Below, one piece after another: positions 24,912 through 32,000 of a stretch of 32,000 nt of DNA (position 1 is its first letter; each line of letters opens with the position of its first letter). The DNA is from Ruminococcus albus 7 = DSM 20455 (GTDB taxonomy: Bacteria; Bacillota; Clostridia; Oscillospirales; Ruminococcaceae). The notes beneath the pieces were generated by a model. It saw only the letters and a program-made list of their open reading frames with translations, made no database searches and was not told the DNA's origin. The DNA lies in contig NC_014833.1 of NCBI RefSeq assembly GCF_000179635.2, forward strand, positions 360,001 through 392,000, read 5' to 3'. The translations under genes were made by a program, and so were the position numbers.

Positions 24912-24974
24912 AATAACACCCCAGGGGAAGAGAAGAGTAATACTTTTCTACTTTACCCACCGGGGTGTTATTTT
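24912..24974 (+). terminator. Long hairpin plus T-rich tail, a possible distal terminator of the giant operon
   Basis: AATAACACCCC (24912-24922) pairs with GGGGTGTTATT (24962-24972), followed by TTAT. The ~39-nt loop has further partial pairing. It lies ~300 nt after the stop codon, so the assignment is weak. Confidence 0.3.
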
Positions 24975-24997
24975 ATATAGTAGGGCACTTTAGTAGT

Positions 24998-25005
24998 GTA
25001 AATGG
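24998..25005. repeat. Target-site duplication (left copy) GTAAATGG of the IS66-family element
   Basis: An identical 8-mer directly abuts both inverted repeats (24998-25005 and 28011-28018). Confidence 0.9.
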
Positions 25006-25115
25006 GTAAGCGTATAACCCCCAGCACCTACCCCACCGAAGTCTAATAAAGTATAATAAACTCCAAGGAACACCATGAAGTAAATTGAATAATCCAAATT
25101 GATCCATGGAGTTCA

Positions 25116-25463
25116 TTGGAGACGATTAGACAAGGAGGTAACAGGTATGGACAAAACAACATCCATCACAACAATCAAAAAGAAATGCAGCTTCAGGAAT
25201 GGTCTGCGCAGATCAAAGCACAGCAGGCAAGCGGTCTGACGATCCGGGAATGGTGCAAAGAAAATGGGATCAAGCCAAACACGTATTACAACCGCCTAAG
25301 AAAAGTTCGTGAAAAGTATATCGAAAATTCTCCGACCATCGTTCCTGTATCAGTTCCTTGCTCAAACGAAAATATCCGCATTGAGAAAAACGGACTTCAA
25401 ATATCTCTTCCGGCAGATATATCTGCGGACACTCTGACCGCTTTGGTGCATGAGCTATGCTGA
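25116..25463 (+). CDS. tnpA: IS66-family accessory protein TnpA (Orf1, HTH); start uncertain
   Basis: MQLQEWSAQIKAQQASGLTIREWCKENGIKPNTYYNRLRKV is the conserved IS66 Orf1 core (ATG 25185). The best RBS (AAGGAGG 25132-25138) serves ATG 25147 in another frame, which would join this frame if the A5 run at 25177-25181 were A6. Confidence 0.75.
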   Translation: METIRQGGNRYGQNNIHHNNQKEMQLQEWSAQIKAQQASGLTIREWCKENGIKPNTYYNRLRKVREKYIENSPTIVPVSVPCSNENIRIEKNGLQISLPADISADTLTALVHELC

Positions 25464-25815
25464 ATGATCTGGCAGCGGACGCACAGGTCTATCTTGTTAC
25501 GGGATACACCGACCTTCGACGCGGGATAGACGGACTTGCGACTATCGTTCAGGCTCAGCTTCGACTTGACCCGTTCTCGAAAGCATTGTTTTTGTTCTGC
25601 GGCAGACGTTGTGACCGCATCAAAGGTCTGCTGTGGGAGGGCGATGGTTTTCTGCCTGTTCGTACAAGCGCCTTGACAACGGAAGATTCCAGTGGCCGCG
25701 CAGTGAGACCGAAGCAGTAATGCTCACATCTCAGCAAATTCGCTGGCTTCTGGAAGGCTTGAAAATAGAGCAGCCGAAGGCTATCCGTGAGGGAAAGCCG
25801 GGGGCGCTGTATTAA
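25457..25815 (+). pseudogene. tnpB: IS66-family TnpB (Orf2), frameshifted as assembled
   Basis: Two overlapping ORF pieces (25457-25720, 25633-25815) together spell the conserved ...LFLFCGRRCDRIKGLLWEGDGF / YKRLDNGRFQWPR...LTSQQIRWLLEGL. One extra T in the T4 run at 25648-25651 restores a single frame. Confidence 0.85.
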
Positions 25816-25907
25816 GGCAATACTTACCGAATATTCAGAATATGTGCTTGAAAAGCCCCTCTTTTCGTGGTATCATTAAAGTATCATAACGAACGGAGGG
25901 GTGCTTT

Positions 25908-27418
25908 ATGTCCGAACCAAATATGACATCGGAAATTGTATCGCTCCGTAATGAAAACGCTGTTCTCAAGGAAGAACTAGCACTTGCCAATCAGCAGTTA
26001 GCGTGGTTCAGAAAGCAGATATTCGGAAGAAAAACAGAGCAGACATCTGTTGTTATGGAAAAGGAGTTCGGTGTTCAGCTTTCCATGTTCGGAAACAATG
26101 AAGAAAAATCCGCAGCTAAATCTGCCGAAACAATTACTGTTCCCGAACACAAGCGCAAGAAAAAACGCACTCACGATGAATGGATGAACAATCTGCCTGT
26201 AAAAGAAGAACATCACAAAATTGACAACCCGGTATGCGAAATATGCGGCGCCGAAATGGAAGAACTGACTCCCGAAAAGGCTTACGATGAACTTATATTT
26301 ACGCCGCCAAAATATCATATCCGCAGGCATATAGTACATAAGTACAAGTGTCCCGAGTGCGGAGAAAAGCCCGAAGAAAGGGACGAACCTTGTCATATCA
26401 TCCGTGCGCCATATCCTCACGCTATGATCCCGGGAAGCTATTGCTCTCCCGAACTTCTGGCTCATATCATCTACGAAAAATATGCAAAGTCAGTACCTCT
26501 GCACCGTCAGGAAAAGGACTTTAATTCCAAAAACATACCTCTGCTCAAAGCGACTATGTCTAATTGGGTAGGCACTGCTGCCGAAAAATGGTGTTTGCCG
26601 ATTGTGGAGAAAATGCATGAGACGCTTATCGCAGGGCAGATGATCCATGCCGATGAAACGACCGTTCAGGTGCTTCACGAGGAAGGCCGAAAGCCTACCA
26701 CGACATCAAGAATGTGGGTCTACTGCAACGGCAAAATGAATGACAGGAGCATCATCATTTTCGATTATCAGCCGACACGAAAGGGTGAGCACGCCTCGAA
26801 TTTCCTGAAAGGATTTATCGGCTATCTTATCTGTGACGGATACGATGCCTACAATGCAGTCGAGGGTGCTAAGCGATGCGGCTGTATGACTCATGCAAGG
26901 CGTGGTTTTATTCAGGCTCTTCCGAACGACCAAAAGCTGCACAGCACTTCTGTTGCGGCAAAGGCAGTAGAATATTTCAACAAGATATATCACGAAGAAA
27001 ATCTGCTTGCCGACAGCTCCACAGAATACAGATATAAACAGCGCCTTGTGAAGGTAAAGCCTTTGCTTGACGAGTTTTTTGCGTGGCTTGAAAATGTTCA
27101 GGTCAGTGGTAAGGGCAAGCTGACAGATGCAGTAAGATATGCGTTGAATGAACGGAAATATCTTTACACGTTTCTTGAAAACGGAGACGTGCCTATCGAC
27201 AACAACAGAGCCGAAAACGCAATAAGACCGTTTGCGTTAGGCCGAAAAATTGGCTGTTTTCAAATACAGCAAACGGAGCCAGATCAAGTGCAACGCTGTA
27301 TTCGATCATTTCAACTGCACAGGCGAACGGTGTTGATGCTGAGAAATACCTGACCGAGCTGTTTTCACAGCCTGCGGGGACGATATTATTACCATGGAGG
27401 GAAGAAAATGAAACTTAG
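25908..27418 (+). pseudogene. tnpC: IS66-family transposase TnpC (DDE), C-terminus frameshifted as assembled
   Basis: The 481-aa ORF has a zinc-ribbon-like CEICG...CPECG and the IHADETTVQV / DGYDAYN / DNNRAENAIRPFALGRK motifs. After GRK the conserved continuation NWLFSNTANGARSSATLYSIISTAQANGVDAEKYLTELF is in the next frame (stop at 27416-27418). The A5 run at 27245-27249 would need to be A6. Confidence 0.9.
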
Positions 27419-27946
27419 TAATGAAGATGCAAAGCTGTTTTATGAACTGTTTTTTCCACTGCTTGACTATGTGAACAGAGAATATCATATACTTCCTGAG
27501 GAAGATTATTTCGGGCAAGGAATGATCGACCCACAGGACGCTGCGGAGGTTGCCCACTTTTTATGGGAACGGACATGGATCATTGATGATTATCTTGAGC
27601 GATCGGATCTGCCCGAAGAACACATGGAGATACTTAAAAGCTGGAAAGGGTGCATCACCGGCAGATTTATCATTGAGCGACATTGGAAAAAGGGATCGGT
27701 ATTTATATCGATCGATGACAATTCTGTTTTCTTGTAAACGGCATTGTCAGCAGTTGGGAGGAAATGCTGAGAAATGCACCGATGCCAACTTTGCTTGATG
27801 CAGCGCTTCTGCCATTTAAAAATGCGATCATTTCCGATGGCCTGGTATCTGTTATGCCGATCATATTCGGTCCGAACAGCAAAGCTGATTTCAAAGAAAT
27901 ATACATGGACGCAAAGAGAAATGGAGAAATCAAAGCCAGAATATGA
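27408..27946 (+). pseudogene. IS66 passenger ORF of unknown function, split by a frameshift as assembled
   Basis: ORFs 27408-27737 and 27764-27946 read through as ...SVFISIDDNSVFLVNGIVSSWEEMLRNAPMPTLLDAALLPF... if the T4 run at 27727-27730 were T5. It lies inside the IS between tnpC and the right inverted repeat. Confidence 0.55.
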
Positions 27947-28010
27947 TGTTACGGCCGGGTGTTATCTGCCCGGCTGTTTGCTTTTATGATGCGGGGGGTT
28001 ATACGCTTAC

Positions 28011-28018
28011 GTAAATGG
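28011..28018. repeat. Target-site duplication (right copy) GTAAATGG
   Basis: See the left copy at 24998-25005. Confidence 0.9.
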
Positions 28019-28178
28019 GTGGAGTACAAGGGGAGGAATTTCTGAAATTCCCCCATTGACTGCTGAACGCCACAGCCCTTATAATAGAACTTGCCCTTTC
28101 TGCATGGATTACGGAGAGAGTACCTTATTCATTAGTGACTCCTTTTCTTCGGCTTCTTGTCTACCTTACAGCTGATGA

Positions 28179-28370
28179 CTGATTGTAAAGGAAGTTCCGC
28201 TCTTCTCTGAGAATATCGGTGCGAAGATACCGGAGCTGGATATCACAGCTCTGCCCCGTGATCAGGGCGAGCTGGACAATATGGATGATTATGGAGATAC
28301 ATATGAACCCGAAGACCCGTCAGTTTTGGCGGGCTTTTTTGATCTGGATAAAGGAGGTGTCGGCGATTGA
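28179..28370 (+). pseudogene. 3' fragment of an unknown gene, translationally coupled to the SNF2 gene (mobile-element remnant)
   Basis: 63 sense codons with no plausible start, ending ...EPEDPSVLAGFFDLDKGGVGD-TGA. The stop overlaps the TTG start of the next ORF (TTGA), and two in-frame stops lie immediately upstream (28173, 28176). Confidence 0.4.
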
Positions 28371-29284
28371 GGTTTAATCCACACGATTATCAATCGTTCT
28401 GTATTGAATATATCAAAACACATCCCGTTGCAGCCCTTCTCCTGGACATGGGCCTGGGAAAGACTGTGATCACACTGACTGCTTTAAATGATCTTATATT
28501 CGATGACCTTCTTGTTTCCAAAGTTCTGGTCATTGCACCGCTTCGGGTATCCCGCGATACCTGGCCTGCAGAGGTGAAAAAGTGGGATCATCTGAAAGAC
28601 CTGGATATTTCCGTTATCGTCGGCGACTTAAGGACAAGAAAGGCGGCAGTAAGTGCTTCGGCACAGGTTTATGTCATCAACCGGGAGAATATCAAATGGC
28701 TGGTGGAATATTACGAGAAAAACGGACTCAGATGGGATTTTGACTGTGTTGTTATCGACGAACTGAGTTCATTCAAGAACTACCAGTCGCAGCGTTTCAA
28801 GTGGCTGAGGAAGGTCAGACCTTTCGTTCATAGGTGGATAGGCCTCACAGGAACTCCTACCTCCAACGGCCTCATGGACTTGTGGGCGGAGATCGGTATT
28901 CTTGACGGTGGCGAGAGACTTGGCAGGTTTATCGGACGTTTCCGTGAAAGTTATTTTAAGCCCGGTTCCATGAATCCGAGTACAGGTGTTTTGTTCTCAT
29001 ACATTCCCCGCCCCGGAGCGGAAGAGCAGATATATGACAGGATTTCTGATATTACCATATCCATGAAGGCACTTGACTACTTACAGCTTCCAGATTGTAT
29101 CTATGTAAATCATGAGGTGGAGATGAATGACCAGGAGCGAAGGCTTTATGATCAGATGAAGCGTGACCTCATAATTCCAACTGATGACGGTGACATTGAT
29201 GCTGCGAATGCGGCATCGCTTTCCAACAAACTGCTTCAAATGGCTAACGGTGCTGTAATGCAAGGCTGGAACCAACCGTTATAA
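28367..29284 (+). pseudogene. SNF2-family helicase, N-terminal ATPase half only (3'-truncated; phage/ICE-type)
   Basis: HDYQ, LLDMGLGKT (motif I), VIDELSSFK (DExx, motif II) and GLTGTP (motif III) are present. The reading frame ends at ...LLQMANGAV-MQGWNQPL* with no helicase C-terminal domain. TTG start follows the aaaggagg RBS. Confidence 0.8.
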
Positions 29285-29293
29285 ACTGATAAC

Positions 29294-29332
29294 AAAAAAC
29301 GAGATACAGACAAACTCTGTATCTCGTTTTGT
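29294..29332. terminator. Bidirectional rho-independent terminator
   Basis: AAAAAA-CGAGATACAG-acaaact-CTGTATCTCG-TTTT, between convergent genes. Confidence 0.8.
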
Positions 29333-29353
29333 TATATGCCGTATATTTTCTCA

Positions 29354-29851
29354 TCACCTTTTATCCCTATCCACTTTTTGAATACTGCGCACATGATCTT
29401 TTGCATTCATCACAAGCATAAATGCACATACAGCCGTCAGTAATAAAGGCACCGCAACAAACACCGCGCTCAGCCTTATGCCGCGGGTGATCATTATGAT
29501 TATGGCTATGGTGTACCCGCAGCAAAGCATCTCCGAACCGAATAGTATCATGCCCCTGAGTATAGCCTGCTTTTTCTGTTTGTCGGTGTAATCCGCCACC
29601 ATTGTCAGAGTTTCTTTCACATCCTTGTTCATGTCCTCACTCTTCCTTTCTCCGTTCAGCAGTTCACGGATGTCGATACCGTAATAGTCAGCCAGTTCGA
29701 TAATAATACTGATGTCCGGCATAGTCCTGCCGTTTTCCCATCTTGAAACAGACCTCGATGAAACACCGAAGACCTCGGCAAGCTTCTCCTGAGATAGTCC
29801 TTTCTCATTCCTCAACTGTTTAAGGAATGCCCCGATCTTAACCTGATCCAT
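29354..29851 (-). CDS. Membrane-tethered XRE-family HTH regulator (N-terminal HTH plus 2 C-terminal TM helices)
   Basis: IGAFLKQLRNEKGLSQEKLAEVFGVSSRSVSRWENGRTMPDISIIIELADYYGIDIRELL is a canonical XRE HTH. The C-terminal half carries the hydrophobic segments ILFGSEMLCCGYTIAIIIMI and AVFVAVPLLLTAVCAFMLVM. Confidence 0.85.
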   Translation of the reverse strand: MDQVKIGAFLKQLRNEKGLSQEKLAEVFGVSSRSVSRWENGRTMPDISIIIELADYYGIDIRELLNGERKSEDMNKDVKETLTMVADYTDKQKKQAILRGMILFGSEMLCCGYTIAIIIMITRGIRLSAVFVAVPLLLTAVCAFMLVMNAKDHVRSIQKVDRDKR

Positions 29852-29871
29852 AGTGACCTCCTTTCTGTAAT

Positions 29872-29886
29872 ATATGATAGCATATC
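29872..29886. promoter_or_regulatory. Palindrome ATGATA-gca-TATCAT just upstream of the XRE-TM gene (possible auto-operator)
   Basis: Perfect 6-bp arms about 20 nt upstream of the start codon at 29851. Confidence 0.35.
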
Positions 29887-29990
29887 ATCTGCCAAAATAC
29901 CACGACATAGAGTGAGAACTGCCGCTTTTCCCGTGTCTGACAGATGTGTCCTGTTAGAAAAATTATAGCATACAGGCGGTTTTATGTCAA

Positions 29991-30013
29991 TAAAAAGGGG
30001 CTGCAACAGCCCC
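29991..30013 (-). terminator. Rho-independent terminator of the LytTR/membrane-protein operon
   Basis: The minus strand reads GGGGCTG-ttg-CAGCCCC followed by TTTTTA, about 65 nt downstream of the stop at 30079. Confidence 0.7.
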
Positions 30014-30078
30014 TCCTCCGGTAGTTATCATAAATATTCTTTACGGACACTGCCCTTACGAGCGGTGCCTTTTGTTTA

Positions 30079-30813
30079 TCAATACCCGTGTTCGGGGTAG
30101 GACATATCAAGTTCGAGGGTACCTTTTATCTGAGCTGATTCGTATGTTTCATCCCAGCTCAGATGTTCAAACAGGAGTTCTTCGTCAAAGCAGAATTCTT
30201 CCAGTTTTATGGTGCCCTCAAAATTGTTGCAGTCTATGGCGTACATATAACATTTTCCTCCGCCGCCAAGATCAAGTTTGCGTTTGCCTTCTCTTGCATA
30301 AACGTGGAATCCGTATTCCAGATCTGCTGTGTCTTTTGAAGTTTCAGTTGCGATTATCAGCCTTGGCATAATACCCAGCATATTGTCCTTTACTTTATAA
30401 TAGTAGAATGTTATATCTCCGTTAGTCTCCGTGAATTTTTCGTATCCTGCTATATCATCACCCGTTTTGTATCCCTCAAAAAAGCTGTCATCCATATCGT
30501 CTTCGCTTATTGTGCGTATGTGTATCAGTGATTCACCGTCAAATCCGCCGTGAGATCTTCCTGTTGAAACGATGTTTTTGCCTACAAAAATAGCAAACAC
30601 TATGACCAACAGTGTTGTTACTATGCTAACACATATCATAGTCACCAGTATAAATACTATGGGCGGCATCATTGGTCTGCCTTCTCTTTTGCCTGATATA
30701 TTTCCCTTCGCAAGTCGTTTGTTTATCTTTCTGCGGTAATAAAACATATATATAAGCACTGTTATGCCAATCACCAAAGGTGCCACAAATATTACTGCCA
30801 AGATCGGTGTCAT
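30079..30813 (-). CDS. Membrane protein (2 TM plus ~170-aa extracytoplasmic domain), partner of the LytTR regulator
   Basis: 244-aa ORF with RBS aaggag. TM1 is ILAVIFVAPLVIGITVLIYMF, followed by a basic loop and TM2 PIVFILVTMICVSIVTTLLVIVFAIF. It starts 18 nt after the LytTR gene. Confidence 0.7.
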   Translation of the reverse strand: MTPILAVIFVAPLVIGITVLIYMFYYRRKINKRLAKGNISGKREGRPMMPPIVFILVTMICVSIVTTLLVIVFAIFVGKNIVSTGRSHGGFDGESLIHIRTISEDDMDDSFFEGYKTGDDIAGYEKFTETNGDITFYYYKVKDNMLGIMPRLIIATETSKDTADLEYGFHVYAREGKRKLDLGGGGKCYMYAIDCNNFEGTIKLEEFCFDEELLFEHLSWDETYESAQIKGTLELDMSYPEHGY

Positions 30814-30831
30814 GATCGTCAGCTCCTTTCT

Positions 30832-31278
30832 TTATATTCCCAGGAATTCCTTGAATATGTAATAGTATGTTCTTGTTACATCGACTTTGCTGCCGTCTGT
30901 AAGGGTGAGAAGATATTTCTGTGACAGGGCAGGACGTATGCTTTTTATATGGTGTACTGCCACTATCGCTGAATTGCTGACCCTTATGAATTCCTTCGGA
31001 TCAAGTATCTCTTCAAGACGGCGCAAACGTTCATTGAGTTTGTATTCCGAACCTCCGCTGTATGCTATTATGTCGTGAGCAAAACTTTCGATATGAGTGA
31101 TATCCTTAACATCCAGCCTGAATATATCCTCACCCTTTCTGCCTATAAGATGTTTTACACAGACATTGTTCTCTGAAAGGATAAGATCAGCAGTATCATC
31201 TATCTCTATGCCTGCTGCAGAAAGCTGTTTGTAGATCATGGAATAATTTTTTTCACTGACCAGCAATCTGATCTTCAT
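30832..31278 (-). CDS. Stand-alone LytTR-domain DNA-binding regulator
   Basis: 148 aa. The C-terminal ~100 aa (IFRLDVKDITHIESFAHDIIAYSGGSEYKLNERLRRLEEILDPKEFIRVSNSAIVAVHHIKSI...) matches the LytTR pattern. There is no full receiver domain. RBS ggagg. Confidence 0.85.
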   Translation of the reverse strand: MKIRLLVSEKNYSMIYKQLSAAGIEIDDTADLILSENNVCVKHLIGRKGEDIFRLDVKDITHIESFAHDIIAYSGGSEYKLNERLRRLEEILDPKEFIRVSNSAIVAVHHIKSIRPALSQKYLLTLTDGSKVDVTRTYYYIFKEFLGI

Positions 31279-31302
31279 TTCGCTCCGCCTCCCCGATTTA
31301 TT

Positions 31303-31316
31303 GATAAGCGCTTATC
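31303..31316. promoter_or_regulatory. Perfect 14-bp palindrome GATAAGCGCTTATC upstream of the LytTR gene
   Basis: Read directly, 25-38 nt upstream of the ATG at 31278. Confidence 0.35.
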
Positions 31317-31461
31317 TTGTACACATTATAACCGACAAGGTGCAAAAAATCAATAGCCTGTGCACAACTTACGCACAGGCAGTCATAATACGCATATACG
31401 GGATAACGGAATTACAGGCAGATAAGGGCACATAGAAAATTCTTGTATAAACTGTACTACG

Positions 31462-31475
31462 TGCTAACGTTAGCA
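31462..31475. promoter_or_regulatory. Perfect 14-bp palindrome TGCTAACGTTAGCA in the divergent intergenic region
   Basis: Read directly. It lies between the LytTR operon and the lipoprotein gene promoter. Confidence 0.3.
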
Positions 31476-31559
31476 TTGTGCAAATATACAAAAAACGATT
31501 CGTTGTTTTGTCGGCATTGTTCATAACGAGGAATTTTTATCACAAATGTGTTTTGCCTC

Positions 31560-31588
31560 TTTACAAGCTGTCCGCAGTATGATATAAT
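31560..31588 (+). promoter_or_regulatory. Sigma-A promoter (TTTACA-17-TGaTATAAT) of the lipoprotein gene
   Basis: tttaca 31560-31565, a 17-nt spacer, TG 31580-31581, tataat 31583-31588. Confidence 0.55.
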
Positions 31589-31685
31589 TCGTGATACAGA
31601 AAGTTAGACAGTTCAAAAAATAAGACACCACCCGCAGGTGAAGGTGGCAGGCACATGGTTTTGCCGAACGGAGGATAAACAGAGT

Positions 31686-32000
31686 ATGAAAAAACAGATG
31701 GTACTTACAGCGGTATGCTGTGCGCTCGCCCTTGCAGGCTGCACAAAGACCGCTATGCTGAATGAGAATGAAAAAAGTGCTGCAGCTAATGATATAATAC
31801 TGGCTACCGAGGCAGAGGATCTGACCACAGCAGATCAGGATTCCTCACACGAGGGTTTTGCTGAGATACCCAATGATGCCGAGGATCCATTTGACCGCGT
31901 GATAAGATCCATAGACAAGAACTTCCCCAAGGAGAAGAAGAATGTAAAAAGATACTACGGCTATCTCGGTGAGAAGCAGGTAGACGGCACCCTCTGCTAT
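31686..32000 (+). CDS. Putative lipoprotein (5' part; runs off the window)
   Basis: ATG follows GGAGGA. MKKQMVLTAVCCALALAGCTK contains the lipobox L-A-G-C. The frame stays open to the window end. It is absent from the ORF track because no stop is present. Confidence 0.7.
   Translation, partial: MKKQMVLTAVCCALALAGCTKTAMLNENEKSAAANDIILATEAEDLTTADQDSSHEGFAEIPNDAEDPFDRVIRSIDKNFPKEKKNVKRYYGYLGEKQVDGTLCY

Larger units (their letters stand above)
25006..28010 (+). mobile_element. IS66-family insertion sequence (3,005 bp) with tnpA-tnpB-tnpC plus one passenger ORF
   Basis: Exact 17-bp terminal inverted repeats GTAAGCGTATAACCCCC (25006-25022) and GGGGGTTATACGCTTAC (27994-28010), starting with the GTAAGCG typical of IS66. 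The flanking duplication is 8 bp, as in IS66, and the three-ORF organisation includes the ATGCTGA tnpA/tnpB overlap. Confidence 0.95.

Noticed and set aside
14356-24997. Diversity-generating retroelement targeting the C-terminus of the giant protein.
   Set aside because: There is no reverse transcriptase gene in the window, and I saw no template-repeat-like copy of the gene's 3' end in the downstream spacer.
25555-27989. Minus-strand and alternative-frame ORFs inside the IS66 element (25555-25737, 25998-26465, 26490-26678, 26706-26993, 27306-27557, 27550-27798, 27703-27933, 27774-27989).
   Set aside because: They are overlapped by the recognisable tnpB/tnpC/passenger frames, which once repaired account for the coding signal.
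25006-28010. Programmed ribosomal frameshifting as the explanation for the split IS66 ORFs.
   Set aside because: Four independent sites would be required, including within tnpB and the C-terminal region of tnpC, where IS66 elements are not known to frameshift. Simple single-base deficits in homopolymers, whether error or decay, are more parsimonious.
29081-31828. ORFs 29081-29275, 29812-30006, 30072-30371, 30887-31078 and 31613-31828.
   Set aside because: They are antisense to, or overlap, better-supported genes (SNF2 fragment, LytTR partner, LytTR, lipoprotein) or span a terminator or promoter, and have no RBS.
1-32000. CRISPR arrays, tRNA or rRNA genes.
   Set aside because: No regularly spaced direct repeats and no cloverleaf-like or rRNA-like segments were noticed on either strand.

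Overview
Clostridia-like chromosomal window (AGGAGG-type RBSs, sigma-A promoters, roughly 35-50% GC by eye). Left third (1-10.9 kb): a minus-strand envelope-lipid cluster (diverged MraY-like GT4 transferase, LPG-synthase-TM/flippase-like protein, CDP-alcohol phosphatidyltransferase), two small membrane-peptide genes missing from the ORF track, an ABC-2 exporter pair, and an operon of two paralogous membrane proteins plus a small XRE regulator behind twin palindromic operators. It also holds an intact IS110-family element with a structured upstream non-coding end, a CPBP intramembrane protease and an apparently orphan class-I fumarate hydratase alpha subunit. Centre (11.0-24.6 kb) is the headline: a tightly packed four-gene operon behind a perfect TTGACA-17-TGnTATAAT promoter. 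Its first three proteins (385/283/365 aa) each have a basic N-terminus, one hydrophobic helix and a shared [I/Y]-A-[W/K]-F junction that resembles SipW/TasA-class signal peptides. The fourth is an uninterrupted 10,260-nt ORF (3,419 aa) with about two dozen GLUG-like GG[LIV][IVF]G repeats in two blocks, a ~970-aa non-repeat C-terminus and no recognisable cell-wall anchor. I read this as a candidate undescribed surface-fibre or giant-adhesin assembly module; that function is inference. Right third: an IS66-family element with exact 17-bp inverted repeats and an 8-bp target duplication, in which every ORF is broken at a homopolymer, then a truncated SNF2-helicase remnant. Beyond these lie a membrane-tethered XRE regulator, a LytTR regulator plus membrane-protein pair (HdrRM/BrsRM-like layout) and the start of a lipoprotein gene. 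No rRNA, tRNA or CRISPR was seen.
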